Assembly: GCA_047651235.1 (NCBI GenBank)
Contig: CP178758.1
Coordinates: forward strand, 1,110,001 to 1,142,000
DNA: 32,000 bases
Direction: 5' to 3'
DNA from: Candidatus Electrothrix yaqonensis
GTDB lineage: Bacteria; Desulfobacterota; Desulfobulbia; Desulfobulbales; Desulfobulbaceae
Positions 9,318 to 17,946 of the stretch are shown here, in pieces (within the stretch, counting starts at the first letter, position 1; the number at the start of each line of letters is the position of its first letter). The notes beneath the pieces are model-generated. The model saw nothing but the letters and a program-made list of their open reading frames with translations, did not search any database and was not told the origin of the DNA. The position numbers and the translations under genes are program-made.

Positions 9318-10352
9318 ATGTCTCTGAAAAAAATCAAGTCAAACTGCATCATTCCGAGTTCAGCCTTTTCCATTCTCAAGTCAAAAATCAAATTGTACGA
9401 CCCGTCAAATCGGAAAAAGCCGGAGGTCGGAGATCTCATCTTCGGTAAAATCGCGGAAATCGGGCATCATAAACGGGTGGAAAGCACGTCGGCCCGGCTG
9501 CATTCAATCAACATCGGCACACCCGCCATCTTTGTCTTCGGCAACCGGTATGCACCGGATCAATATGAGGGCTTGGTTCCTGATACTTTGGCAGAACAGG
9601 TTGATTTGTTCAGTCAGGGCGGCGTGATCGGTGAGGTGAAAACGCAGAATCAGCAGCTCGGCGTGCCTACCAAAGTGCATGTTCTTGGCTATATATCCGA
9701 TACCGAAGGAAAAGTGGTCAACACCAGAGATCACGTTCTCGTGAAGCCGAAAACTGTTGACCGGGCCAAACCGGGTTCCAAGGTTATTCTCTGTATCGGC
9801 ACCAGCATGAACAGCGGCAAGACTCATGCCGCAGCAGCCTGCTGCTACGCCCTCTCCTCAGCGGGAAAACATGTGCGGGCGGCAAAAATTACCGGCACGG
9901 CAAGTCTGAAGGATATCCTGCTGATGGAAGACTGCGGCGCCGAGCATATCGCGGACTTCACCTATTTCGGCTACCCGTCAAGCTATCTGATGGATGAGGA
10001 GAGGTTGCTGTGGATGTTTCATTCCTTTGATAGGAAATACGGCAACAATGCGAGAAATTATCTGGTGATTGAATTTGCCGACGGTATTTTTCAGCGGGAA
10101 ACCGCCATGTTGCTCAGGATGCCTGAGGTGCGCAGCCGTATTCACAAGCTGATCTTCTGCGGTCCTGATTCATCAGCGGTTTTTGGTGGTATTCATGTGC
10201 TCAAAGAAGAATTTGACCTGCAGCCGGATGCCATTTCCGGTCTGTGCTCAAGCTCTCCGCTGGCCATGCGGGAGATCAGTACCTTTTCAAATCTGCCGGT
10301 GCTGCGCAGCATAGAACGAAACTACGAAGATATATTCAGCATTATAAAGTGA
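9318..10352 (+). CDS. Uncharacterised protein with a BioD/DUF1611-like P-loop domain
   Basis: 344-aa ORF with an RBS-like AAGAGG 8 nt upstream. VILCIGTSMNSGKTHAAAACCYAL is a Walker-A-like loop of the GT(D/S)xxxGKT type seen in dethiobiotin-synthase/DUF1611-type folds. LVIEFADG is a Walker-B-like strand. The N-terminal ~160 aa are not recognisable. Function is unknown. Confidence 0.6.
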   Translation: MSLKKIKSNCIIPSSAFSILKSKIKLYDPSNRKKPEVGDLIFGKIAEIGHHKRVESTSARLHSINIGTPAIFVFGNRYAPDQYEGLVPDTLAEQVDLFSQGGVIGEVKTQNQQLGVPTKVHVLGYISDTEGKVVNTRDHVLVKPKTVDRAKPGSKVILCIGTSMNSGKTHAAAACCYALSSAGKHVRAAKITGTASLKDILLMEDCGAEHIADFTYFGYPSSYLMDEERLLWMFHSFDRKYGNNARNYLVIEFADGIFQRETAMLLRMPEVRSRIHKLIFCGPDSSAVFGGIHVLKEEFDLQPDAISGLCSSSPLAMREISTFSNLPVLRSIERNYEDIFSIIK

Positions 10353-10729
10353 TTAAAATGTAATACGTCAGCTGGCGTAATTGCTTTAAATCCATTTGAA
10401 AAGCTGCACAATCCTTCCATATCTGCAAATCTGCACGCCCTGCCCTACCTAACGGGCGGGGTTTTATATCGGTTTTCTGAACACATCAGCCTAACCTCCA
10501 TTCTTTGAGGCAGACCTTCCAGTCTGCCCGGCTCCTTCTCTGATTGAAAATCTGATCAAGCTGCAGTGATTATGTTTTCACGATTGTAATACTCTGTGTA
10601 TTTTTATGTAAAAATATTTCAAAAATGAAAATAAAAAATGTCGCCTTTTTCAAAAGGCTGTTCGGAACAACGTAAAATAGCCCTTCAGAACAGTCTGGTG
10701 CGATATGCGCATGTCAAAAATGAAAGGCA

Positions 10730-10745
10730 TGGCACAGTCGTTGCT
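10730..10745 (+). promoter_or_regulatory. Sigma54 (-24/-12) promoter for glnK-amt
   Basis: TGGCACagtcgTTGCT is an exact match to the TGGCAC-N5-TTGCW consensus. It lies 78 nt upstream of the glnK ATG at 10823. Confidence 0.65.
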
Positions 10746-10747
10746 GA

Positions 10748-11161
<414 letters not shown>

Positions 11162-11258
11162 CAGTCTTTTGCAGACTCTGCAGAAATCAATTAATTCGAT
11201 CCCGCAACTCAATAAAACAATAAAATACGACGGATAAAGAACAGAAGGAGAAGATGAA

Positions 11259-12560
11259 ATGAAAAAGAAGAACCTGATGACAGGAGCGCTGCTTGCTCTG
11301 CTGATACTGCCGACCGTTGTCGGAGCCGCTGACGAACCGACTGCAGAAGCTGTACAGACCAATCTTAACTACATCTGGACTCTGGTTGCTGCAGCCTTGG
11401 TCTTTTTCATGCAGGCCGGATTCGCTATGGTGGAAGCCGGATTCACCCGGGCCAAAAACGCGATCAACATCATGATGAAGAACCTGATGGACTTCAGCAT
11501 GGGTTCCCTGTTTTTCTGGGCCATCGGTTTCGGCCTGATGTTCGGGACCAGCGGCACGGGCTGGTTCGGCACAGACGGATTTTTCCTGAGTGACTTCGAA
11601 GTCGGCGGTGATCCCTGGGTCCTGGCGTTCTGGATGTTCCAGTGCGTTTTTGCCGCAACCGCTGCAACCATTGTTTCCGGTGCTATGGCTGAGCGGACCA
11701 AATTCACCAGCTACCTGATCTACAGCGCCAGCCTGTGTGCCTTTATCTATCCTGTCTTCGGCAGCTGGGCTTGGGGCAGCCTGTTTCACGGCAGCGGCTG
11801 GCTTGAGGGCATGGGTTTTATCGATTTTGCCGGTTCCACAGTAGTGCATTCCATCGGCGGCTGGGCAGCTCTGGCCGGAGCCATCGTGATCGGACCGCGC
11901 GTAGGAAAATACGGTAAAAATGGCGAAGTAAAAGCAATCCCGGGTCATAATATCCCGATGGCCGCTGTGGGTGTGTTCATCCTCTGGCTGGGCTGGTTCG
12001 GCTTCAACCCCGGTTCCACCACCGCCGGTATCACCGATACAGCCATGATCTTTGTCAACACCAATCTGGCTGCCTGCGCCGGTGCAGTTGCCGGTATGGC
12101 CACCTCCTGGATTCTGTTTAAAAAGCCGGATATCAGCATGAGTCTGAACGGTGCCTTGGCCGGTCTGGTGGGCATTACTGCCGGATGCGCCAATGTCAGC
12201 CCGACGAGCTCGGTCGTTATCGGCGTAATCGCCGGTGTCCTGGTGGTCTTCTCAGTAGTCACCTTCGACCGGATGCACATTGACGATCCGGTGGGTGCGG
12301 TTTCTGTGCACGGCGTCTGCGGCGCCTGGGGAACTTTGGCTGCCGGCATCTTCAACATGGAAGGCATGACAATCAAAATTATCACCACCCAGCTGATCGG
12401 CATCGGCTCCGCCTTTGTCTGGAGCTTCGGCTGCGCCTTTATCCTCTTTTCCGTCATCAAGGCCACAGTGGGTCTGCGGGTCACGGAAGAGGAAGAGGTC
12501 GAAGGGCTTGACTACGGCGAGCACGGTTCCCATGCCTATGCTGACTTCCTGACCAAGTAA
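11259..12560 (+). CDS. amt: Ammonium transporter (Amt family) with cleavable signal peptide
   Basis: 433 aa. Signal peptide MKKKNLMTGALLALLILPTVVGAA. Amt signatures FFMQAGFAMVEAG, DFAGSTVVHSIGGWAALAGA, ILWLGWFGFNPGS and AVSVHGVCGAWGTL. GGAG RBS. Confidence 0.95.
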   Translation: MKKKNLMTGALLALLILPTVVGAADEPTAEAVQTNLNYIWTLVAAALVFFMQAGFAMVEAGFTRAKNAINIMMKNLMDFSMGSLFFWAIGFGLMFGTSGTGWFGTDGFFLSDFEVGGDPWVLAFWMFQCVFAATAATIVSGAMAERTKFTSYLIYSASLCAFIYPVFGSWAWGSLFHGSGWLEGMGFIDFAGSTVVHSIGGWAALAGAIVIGPRVGKYGKNGEVKAIPGHNIPMAAVGVFILWLGWFGFNPGSTTAGITDTAMIFVNTNLAACAGAVAGMATSWILFKKPDISMSLNGALAGLVGITAGCANVSPTSSVVIGVIAGVLVVFSVVTFDRMHIDDPVGAVSVHGVCGAWGTLAAGIFNMEGMTIKIITTQLIGIGSAFVWSFGCAFILFSVIKATVGLRVTEEEEVEGLDYGEHGSHAYADFLTK

Positions 12561-12587
12561 ACAAAACACCCTCCCCTACTCTCTACC

Positions 12588-12616
12588 GGGCGGACCTTCG
12601 GGACCGCCTTTTTTTG
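12588..12616 (+). terminator. Rho-independent terminator after amt copy 1
   Basis: GGGCGGACC-TTCG-GGACCGCC (one internal mismatch) is followed by TTTTTTTG. Confidence 0.6.
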
Positions 12617-12639
12617 TGGATATTGATGCGGCTTATCGT

Positions 12640-13419
12640 CTACAGACTGATTCCTGCTGTTATCTCAAAAGGCAGATCCAAGGTTTCTGCTCCCTGCCAT
12701 ACCTCCATCTCGAGGTTCAGCGTTTCCGGTATTGATTCCATTTCCAAATAGTAGATCACATGCACGACACTGCCGTCCGACGAGGTGTTGCGTCCCGATG
12801 CATCCACAGGTTTGCCGTCTGCCGTGGTGAACCGGACCTTATCCAGATTTATATTGTCCGTAAGTTGAAACGTCAGAGCTACATAACGGTCTTCCTTCTC
12901 CACCTTCAATACCTTAATTTCCTCTCCGGCAACCTTTACTTCTGTACCGGCTTCGAGTTTCAGCGCCTCAATTTTCTCGGTCTGCACGGAATCTGCAACG
13001 CGCAGATGAAGCGTGCCTTTGGCAGTGAGACGGGAGGCATCTTGAGAGGGCCTGTTTTTTGATGACACTTCAATCAGGGCAGCACTTCCGTCTTCCGATG
13101 TCTTCGGCCAGCTGCCCCAGTAGATGCCGTCCATCAGGTTGCGGTTGCGGTCATCGGTGAACTGCGTCAGGGAGCATTTTGAATCGTCCAGCTCAATAAT
13201 CTTTTTATCTTTTGGAGCTTCAACAGCCAGGGCAAGCGTTGTGCCGGAAGACTCCTGAAATGCCTGTAGTTCGGAGCCGTTCGCCCCGTATCCCGGACCT
13301 ACAATCCGCAGGCCTGCCAGCTGTACAGTGCTTTTTTCCTGTTTTTCCTGCGCGAACATGTTCAGCGGCAACGCAAGGACTATTCCTGCCATGACGGCGA
13401 TACATACCTTCATCTTCAT
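12640..13419 (-). CDS. Secreted hypothetical protein (beta-rich)
   Basis: 259-aa ORF with signal peptide MKMKVCIAVMAGIVLALPLNMFAQE and a GGAGGA RBS on the reverse strand. No recognisable catalytic motif. Confidence 0.7.
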   Translation of the reverse strand: MKMKVCIAVMAGIVLALPLNMFAQEKQEKSTVQLAGLRIVGPGYGANGSELQAFQESSGTTLALAVEAPKDKKIIELDDSKCSLTQFTDDRNRNLMDGIYWGSWPKTSEDGSAALIEVSSKNRPSQDASRLTAKGTLHLRVADSVQTEKIEALKLEAGTEVKVAGEEIKVLKVEKEDRYVALTFQLTDNINLDKVRFTTADGKPVDASGRNTSSDGSVVHVIYYLEMESIPETLNLEMEVWQGAETLDLPFEITAGISL

Positions 13420-13708
13420 TTCCCAATCCTCCTATAAAAAAATAAAAATCCGGTGCAGCGGAAATAATGCCGGAGACATTCCGGCTCCTCTTCTCCGCCT
13501 CAATCAGCCCGACACTACCATGTCCAGCGTAAAAAGCAATGAAGAGATGGCAGCAACTCCAAGGGTATCCGAAGAATCCCCGGTCCACCCCTCAGTACTG
13601 ACAGAGACGTGGATCGGGGAATGTTAACATTGCCGACCGTCTTTATCAGCGTCCTGCCTGCCTTCTGTTGCTCCCGGCAGAACTGCAGCTCAGGATGATG
13701 TCCGATTT

Positions 13709-13999
13709 CTACGTACCGGACTGATCGGTCTTCAGACCCTTGACTACCTCCGGCGTCAGCCCGGTCATCACCGCAATCTTCTCAATATCAAGCAGACCGG
13801 ACTGCAGGAGGCTGAACGCAATCGCCTTTTTCTCCTCCTGCCTTCCTATTGCTTCCCCTTCCCTTCTTCCTTTCTCTATCCCCTTTTCCTCTCCTTTCAT
13901 CATCCCGGCCGTATAGGTGGACTCTACCATACTGGCCTGATAATGCAGATCATCCTGATACCGGCCATACGCCTGACGCTCCTCATCGGAGAGCTTCAT
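13709..13999 (-). pseudogene. Orphan C-terminal fragment of an Rpn/PD-(D/E)XK-family putative transposase
   Basis: 96-aa ORF: LSDEERQAYGRYQDDLHYQASMVESTYTAGMMKGEEKGIEKGRREGEAIGRQEEKKAIAFSLLQSGLLDIEKIAVMTGLTPEVVKGL. It has the E/K/G-rich repeat plus a helix-turn-helix tail typical of the C-termini of Rpn-family proteins. The ~200-aa nuclease domain that should precede it is absent. Confidence 0.45.
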
Positions 14000-14296
14000 G
14001 ATGTCCAGCTTAAACCGGGCAGTTTACATTCTGATAATATTGTATACACATGTACGGGAATGATAACTTTTATCATATACTGAATTGATATTGTAGTGCA
14101 TTTTTTCTTGACCGAAAGTTAAAAGTCTTGTAGCGTCATTGCAAAAAATGGGTTTGACAGCCTGCTGCCGCCTTCTCTCGGTTTGACGGAGGCAGGCTGC
14201 AGTGCAGTTTTCGGACAAACATAATTCACTGATCATAAATCCAGATATTAACTGTATCCATTTATAAATTCATAACAATGGTAATGCTTGTTTTTT

Positions 14297-14415
14297 AAGC
14301 AGGTGCCGTGCTTTCCGGTTGATGACGGAAAGCTGACAAAGCCACAACCGCTGCGAGGCGGTGTCGGAAAGCCAGGGGTCTCCGCAGGGGAGACGGCCAG
14401 GTTGCCTGCTTTTTA
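14297..14415 (+). promoter_or_regulatory. Structured 5' leader, candidate cyclic-dinucleotide (GEMM-I-like) riboswitch
   Basis: Closing helix AAGCAGG (14297-14303) / CCTGCTT (14405-14411) followed by a U-run. Hairpin CTTTCCG/CGGAAAG (14311-14332). GACAAAGCC (14335-14343) precedes hairpin CCGCU-GCGA-GGCGG (14348-14361), which has a GNRA loop. CGGAAAGCC (14365-14373) precedes hairpin GTCTCC/GGAGAC (14378-14394), then GGTTGCC. Two AAAGCC motifs each preceding a hairpin, one GNRA-capped, recall GEMM-I architecture. This is not verified by a covariance model. Confidence 0.3.
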
Positions 14416-14439
14416 TAAATCTATACCGGGAGGTATGTT

Positions 14440-15981
14440 ATGCAGTCCTCAGTAACGGGCTTTGCCCGAATTTATTCCTCCTGCCGTATTGGCAGGTTCC
14501 CTGACCGCAGTTATTCCCTGTCCAGAAACCTATGTGTTGTTTTGTCCGTGTCGTTTTTTTCGTTCTGCCTGGCCGCTGTCGCATCAGCACAGGGAACACC
14601 GGTCTTTATCAATGAGATTCACTATGATAATGAAAGTACTGATACCAACGAATTCGTTGAAGTGGCCGGTCCGGCGGGAACAGATTTACTAGATTGGTCG
14701 ATTGTGTTGTACAATGGCGGCAACGGTGAAGTTTATGCAACAGAAAATCTGAGCGGAACGATTCCTGATGCGGGAAACGGGTTCGGCATGGTCTCTGTCA
14801 GCCATACCGGGATACAGAACGGAGCACCGGACGGAATCGCCTTGGTTGATGCAGATGATACAGTTGTTCAATTTCTCAGTTATGAAGGTTCGTTCACCGC
14901 GCTGAACGGGCCAGCCAGCGACACCTCAAGCGTGGATATCGGTGTTGCTGAATCCAGTTCTACACCGACAGGTCATTCTTTACAGCTTACAGGGAGCGGT
15001 ATGGTGTATGAAGACTTTGCTTGGACCGACCCCGTCTCAGCCACTCCGGGGAATCCCAATACCGGTCAGAGTTTTCAGCATCCACCTGTTGCTGATGCCG
15101 GACCGGACCAGACTGCTGTTGCAGGAGAGACTGTCTGCTTTGACGGCAGCGGCAGTTCCGATCCTGATAATGATTCACTGACCTTTCACTGGACGCTGAC
15201 CGCACAGCCTGCAGATAGCTCGGCAACGCTTGACGCTCCGACTGCTGAGAAACCCTGCATCACGACCGACCTCCCCGGCACCTATCAGGTCAGCCTTGTG
15301 GTCAATGACGGAACGGATGACAGCCCGGCGGATACTGCCCAGGCTGTTGTGCGTATCGCGAACCAAGTCCCGGTTGCCGATGCCGGACCGGATCAGACTG
15401 CTGTTGCAGGAGAGACCGTCTGTTTTGACGGCAGCAACAGTACTGATCCCGACAACGACGAATTGACGTACACTTGGGATCTAACCGCATGGCCTGCGGG
15501 CAGTGCAGCCGAGCTTGATGATCCGACTGCGGAGATATCCTGCATTATCGCCGACCTCCCCGGAACCTATCAGGTCAGCCTCATCGTCAATGACGGCACA
15601 GAGGACAGCGAACCCGATACTGCCCAAGCTGAAGTTGAAATAAATGTCCTCTCTGATCACGATGCCGCCATCCAGGTACTTGAGGAGGCTCTGGCTGTCC
15701 CTGAGACCTGCGGAAATTACAAAAATGTACGAAGGATAATCGAGCGTGCTCTCCAACTTACGCAGACGGCCAAAGAGAATCTTGAGGCAGGCAAGGAAGA
15801 AAGCGGCAGGAAAAAATACGACAGAGCCCGGAGAAAGCTCCTGGAGAAGCTCGTGCCGAAGATCGACGACTGCGCAGTATCGGGCACCCCGGATGAGAGT
15901 GATTGGATCTGTGACTGCGACGGTCAGGATGCCGTATACCCGCTTATCATGGAGGCAGTAGCTTATCTGGAGAACCTGTAA
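14440..15981 (+). CDS. Secreted protein: lamin-tail-domain (LTD) + two PKD-like repeats + Cys-containing helical C-terminal domain
   Basis: 513 aa with a GGGAGG RBS. The hydrophobic signal LCVVLSVSFFSFCLAAVASAQG follows a 30-aa basic N-region. VFINEIHYDNESTDTNEFVEVAGPAGTDLLDWSIVLYNGGNG is the LTD motif found at the N-termini of ExeM/NucH-type extracellular nucleases. There are two ~95-aa repeats of PVADAGPDQTAVAGETVCFDGSxSxDPDND.LT..W.L...P..S.A.LD.PTAE..CI..DLPGTYQVSL.VNDGT.DS.PDTAQA (PKD-like). Confidence 0.8.
   Translation: MQSSVTGFARIYSSCRIGRFPDRSYSLSRNLCVVLSVSFFSFCLAAVASAQGTPVFINEIHYDNESTDTNEFVEVAGPAGTDLLDWSIVLYNGGNGEVYATENLSGTIPDAGNGFGMVSVSHTGIQNGAPDGIALVDADDTVVQFLSYEGSFTALNGPASDTSSVDIGVAESSSTPTGHSLQLTGSGMVYEDFAWTDPVSATPGNPNTGQSFQHPPVADAGPDQTAVAGETVCFDGSGSSDPDNDSLTFHWTLTAQPADSSATLDAPTAEKPCITTDLPGTYQVSLVVNDGTDDSPADTAQAVVRIANQVPVADAGPDQTAVAGETVCFDGSNSTDPDNDELTYTWDLTAWPAGSAAELDDPTAEISCIIADLPGTYQVSLIVNDGTEDSEPDTAQAEVEINVLSDHDAAIQVLEEALAVPETCGNYKNVRRIIERALQLTQTAKENLEAGKEESGRKKYDRARRKLLEKLVPKIDDCAVSGTPDESDWICDCDGQDAVYPLIMEAVAYLENL
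15085..15654 (+). repeat. Tandem 285-nt coding duplication (two PKD-like modules)
   Basis: The unit starting at 15085 repeats at 15370. The first ~70 nt (gctgatgccggaccggaYcagactgctgttgcaggagagacYgtctgYtttgacggcagc) and a ~45-nt core (ccgacctccccggMacctatcaggtcagcct...gtcaatgacgg) are nearly identical. The middle has diverged. Confidence 0.85.
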
Positions 15982-16013
15982 TGTAACGATCCGCAGATTC
16001 GTCAGTGATCGAC

Positions 16014-16041
16014 AGGGCGGGGCCGCAAGGCTCCGCCTTTT
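16014..16041 (+). terminator. Rho-independent terminator after the LTD/PKD gene
   Basis: GGCGGGGCC-GCAA-GGCTCCGCC (with a G-U pair) is followed by TTTTTTG. Confidence 0.6.
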
Positions 16042-16150
16042 TTGTTGCCCGATCAGTCAAACAATCCAAACGGAATCCTGAATCCCCTCTCCCCGTTGAT
16101 CTGCCCGCGCTTTTTCCTCTCGCCCTCCTTCCCTTTCTTCCCGGACCGAA

Positions 16151-16190
16151 AAATCTTTCAGACTTTTTTGTCTTTTCTGTAGAAAGATTT
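16151..16190. promoter_or_regulatory. 9-bp perfect inverted repeat upstream of amt copy 2 (candidate operator)
   Basis: AAATCTTTC (16151-16159) and GAAAGATTT (16182-16190) are separated by 22 nt of T-rich sequence. The repeat lies ~85 nt upstream of the amt ATG at 16273. Confidence 0.3.
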
Positions 16191-16272
16191 GTAAAAAATG
16201 TTACATTCGTCTTTTGAAATCCAGCGGACTGAAAAACTTTTCATTTTTGTCAACCTATTTCGTAAGGAGTGT

Positions 16273-17511
16273 ATGATGGAAGCAAGTGCAGTCAATGCGG
16301 GAGATACCGCCTTTATGATGGTTGCTGCGGCCCTGGTCATGTTCATGACCCCGGGGCTGGCCCTGTTTTACGGCGGCCTGGTACGTTCCAAGAACGTGCT
16401 TTCAACGGTTGTCCAAAGTTTTTTTTCGTTAGGCATAGTGGCGCTGATCTGGGTGATGTACGGATATTCTCTGGCCTTCGGGCCGGATATCTGCGGTTTT
16501 GTCGGCGGGTTGAACTGGGCTTTTCTGAACGGAGTGGGCCTAGAACCCAGCGACACCTATGCCACCACGATCCCGCATCTGGTGTTCTGCGCCTTTCAGC
16601 TCATGTTTGCCAGCATCACTCCGGCCCTGATCACTGGTGCCTTTGCCGAACGGATCAAGTTTACCGGTTTTCTGTTTTTTACCGTTGTCTGGACAACCGT
16701 TGTGTATCTGCCGGTCTGCCACTGGGTTTGGGGGGACGGCGGCTGGCTGCTCGAACTGGGTGCCCTGGACTTTGCCGGCGGCACGGTTATTCACCTGAAC
16801 TCCGGTATGGCGGCTCTGGTTGCGGCAATCTTTATCGGCAAGCGGCGAGGATACGGTCGCGATTCCTTCATGCCGCATAGCCTGGGCATGACCATCCTCG
16901 GGGCAGGCATCCTCTGGTTCGGCTGGTTCGGTTTTAACGCAGGCAGCGCAGGCGCAGCCAGTGCTGTGGCCGGATCCGCCTTCTTTGTCACCCATGTTGC
17001 TGCAGCAGCGGCAATGGTGTCCTGGGTTGCGGCAGAATGGATCATGCAGGGCAAACCCACCGCCCTCGGTGCTGCGTCAGGGGCGGTAGCCGGGTTAGTG
17101 GCCATCACTCCGGCTGCCGGTTTTGTCGGGCCGGTGTCCGCAGTGATCATCGGGCTGGCCGGAGGCGTACTCTGCTTTCTTGCCATCAGGCTTAAAACGA
17201 AATTCAAATACGACGATGCCTTGGATGTGGTTGCCGTGCACGGCTGCGGCGGAACCTGGGGCGCGATTGCCACCGGCCTGTTCGCCTCAACAGCAGTCAA
17301 TCCGGACGGCGCAGACGGCCTGTTCTTCGGCGGGTTCAGTCTGGTCTTTATTCAGATTGCCGGTATCCTGGTCACCTTTGTCTACTCCGGTGTGCTCACC
17401 TATGGTATTCTGAAGCTCACGGAAAAACTTACCGGATTCCGGGTCTCCGATGAAGATGAGGTCATGGGACTAGATCTGTCCCAGCATGACGAAGTCGGCT
17501 ACAACCTGTAA
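16273..17511 (+). CDS. amt: Ammonium transporter (Amt family), no signal peptide
   Basis: AAGGAG RBS 4 nt before the ATG at 16273, in frame with the track ORF that starts at 16198. Signatures: GDTAFMMVAAALVMFMTPGLALFYGG, DFAGGTVIHLNSGMAALVAA, ILWFGWFGFNAGS, VAVHGCGGTWGAI. Confidence 0.95.
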   Translation: MMEASAVNAGDTAFMMVAAALVMFMTPGLALFYGGLVRSKNVLSTVVQSFFSLGIVALIWVMYGYSLAFGPDICGFVGGLNWAFLNGVGLEPSDTYATTIPHLVFCAFQLMFASITPALITGAFAERIKFTGFLFFTVVWTTVVYLPVCHWVWGDGGWLLELGALDFAGGTVIHLNSGMAALVAAIFIGKRRGYGRDSFMPHSLGMTILGAGILWFGWFGFNAGSAGAASAVAGSAFFVTHVAAAAAMVSWVAAEWIMQGKPTALGAASGAVAGLVAITPAAGFVGPVSAVIIGLAGGVLCFLAIRLKTKFKYDDALDVVAVHGCGGTWGAIATGLFASTAVNPDGADGLFFGGFSLVFIQIAGILVTFVYSGVLTYGILKLTEKLTGFRVSDEDEVMGLDLSQHDEVGYNL

Positions 17512-17522
17512 TCCCGGACTGA

Positions 17523-17876
<354 letters not shown>

Positions 17877-17904
17877 GGAGCCTATAGCTGATATATATCA
17901 AAAG

Positions 17905-17937
17905 AAGGGGAGACTTGCGGAAAGCTCCCTTTCTTTG
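17905..17937 (+). terminator. Possible terminator after glnK copy 2
   Basis: AAGGGGAG (17905-17912) pairs with CTCCCTTT (17925-17932), including one G-U pair, across a 12-nt loop. It is followed by a T-rich CTTTG. The loop is larger than ideal. Confidence 0.35.
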
Positions 17938-17946
17938 ATGAGTTGC

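Noticed and set aside
15085-15654. Tandem repeat considered as a CRISPR or satellite array.
   Set aside because: There are only two units of 285 nt. They are in frame and encode PKD-like protein modules inside a long ORF. No short repeat/spacer periodicity exists anywhere in the window.
16269-17413. Alternative-frame and antisense ORFs inside amt copy 2 (203 aa at 16269-16880 +, 151 aa at 16540-16995 -, 169 aa at 16791-17300 -).
   Set aside because: These are shadow ORFs of a GC-rich, strongly supported transporter gene. Their composition is Arg/Pro/Gly-rich and no independent signals are present.
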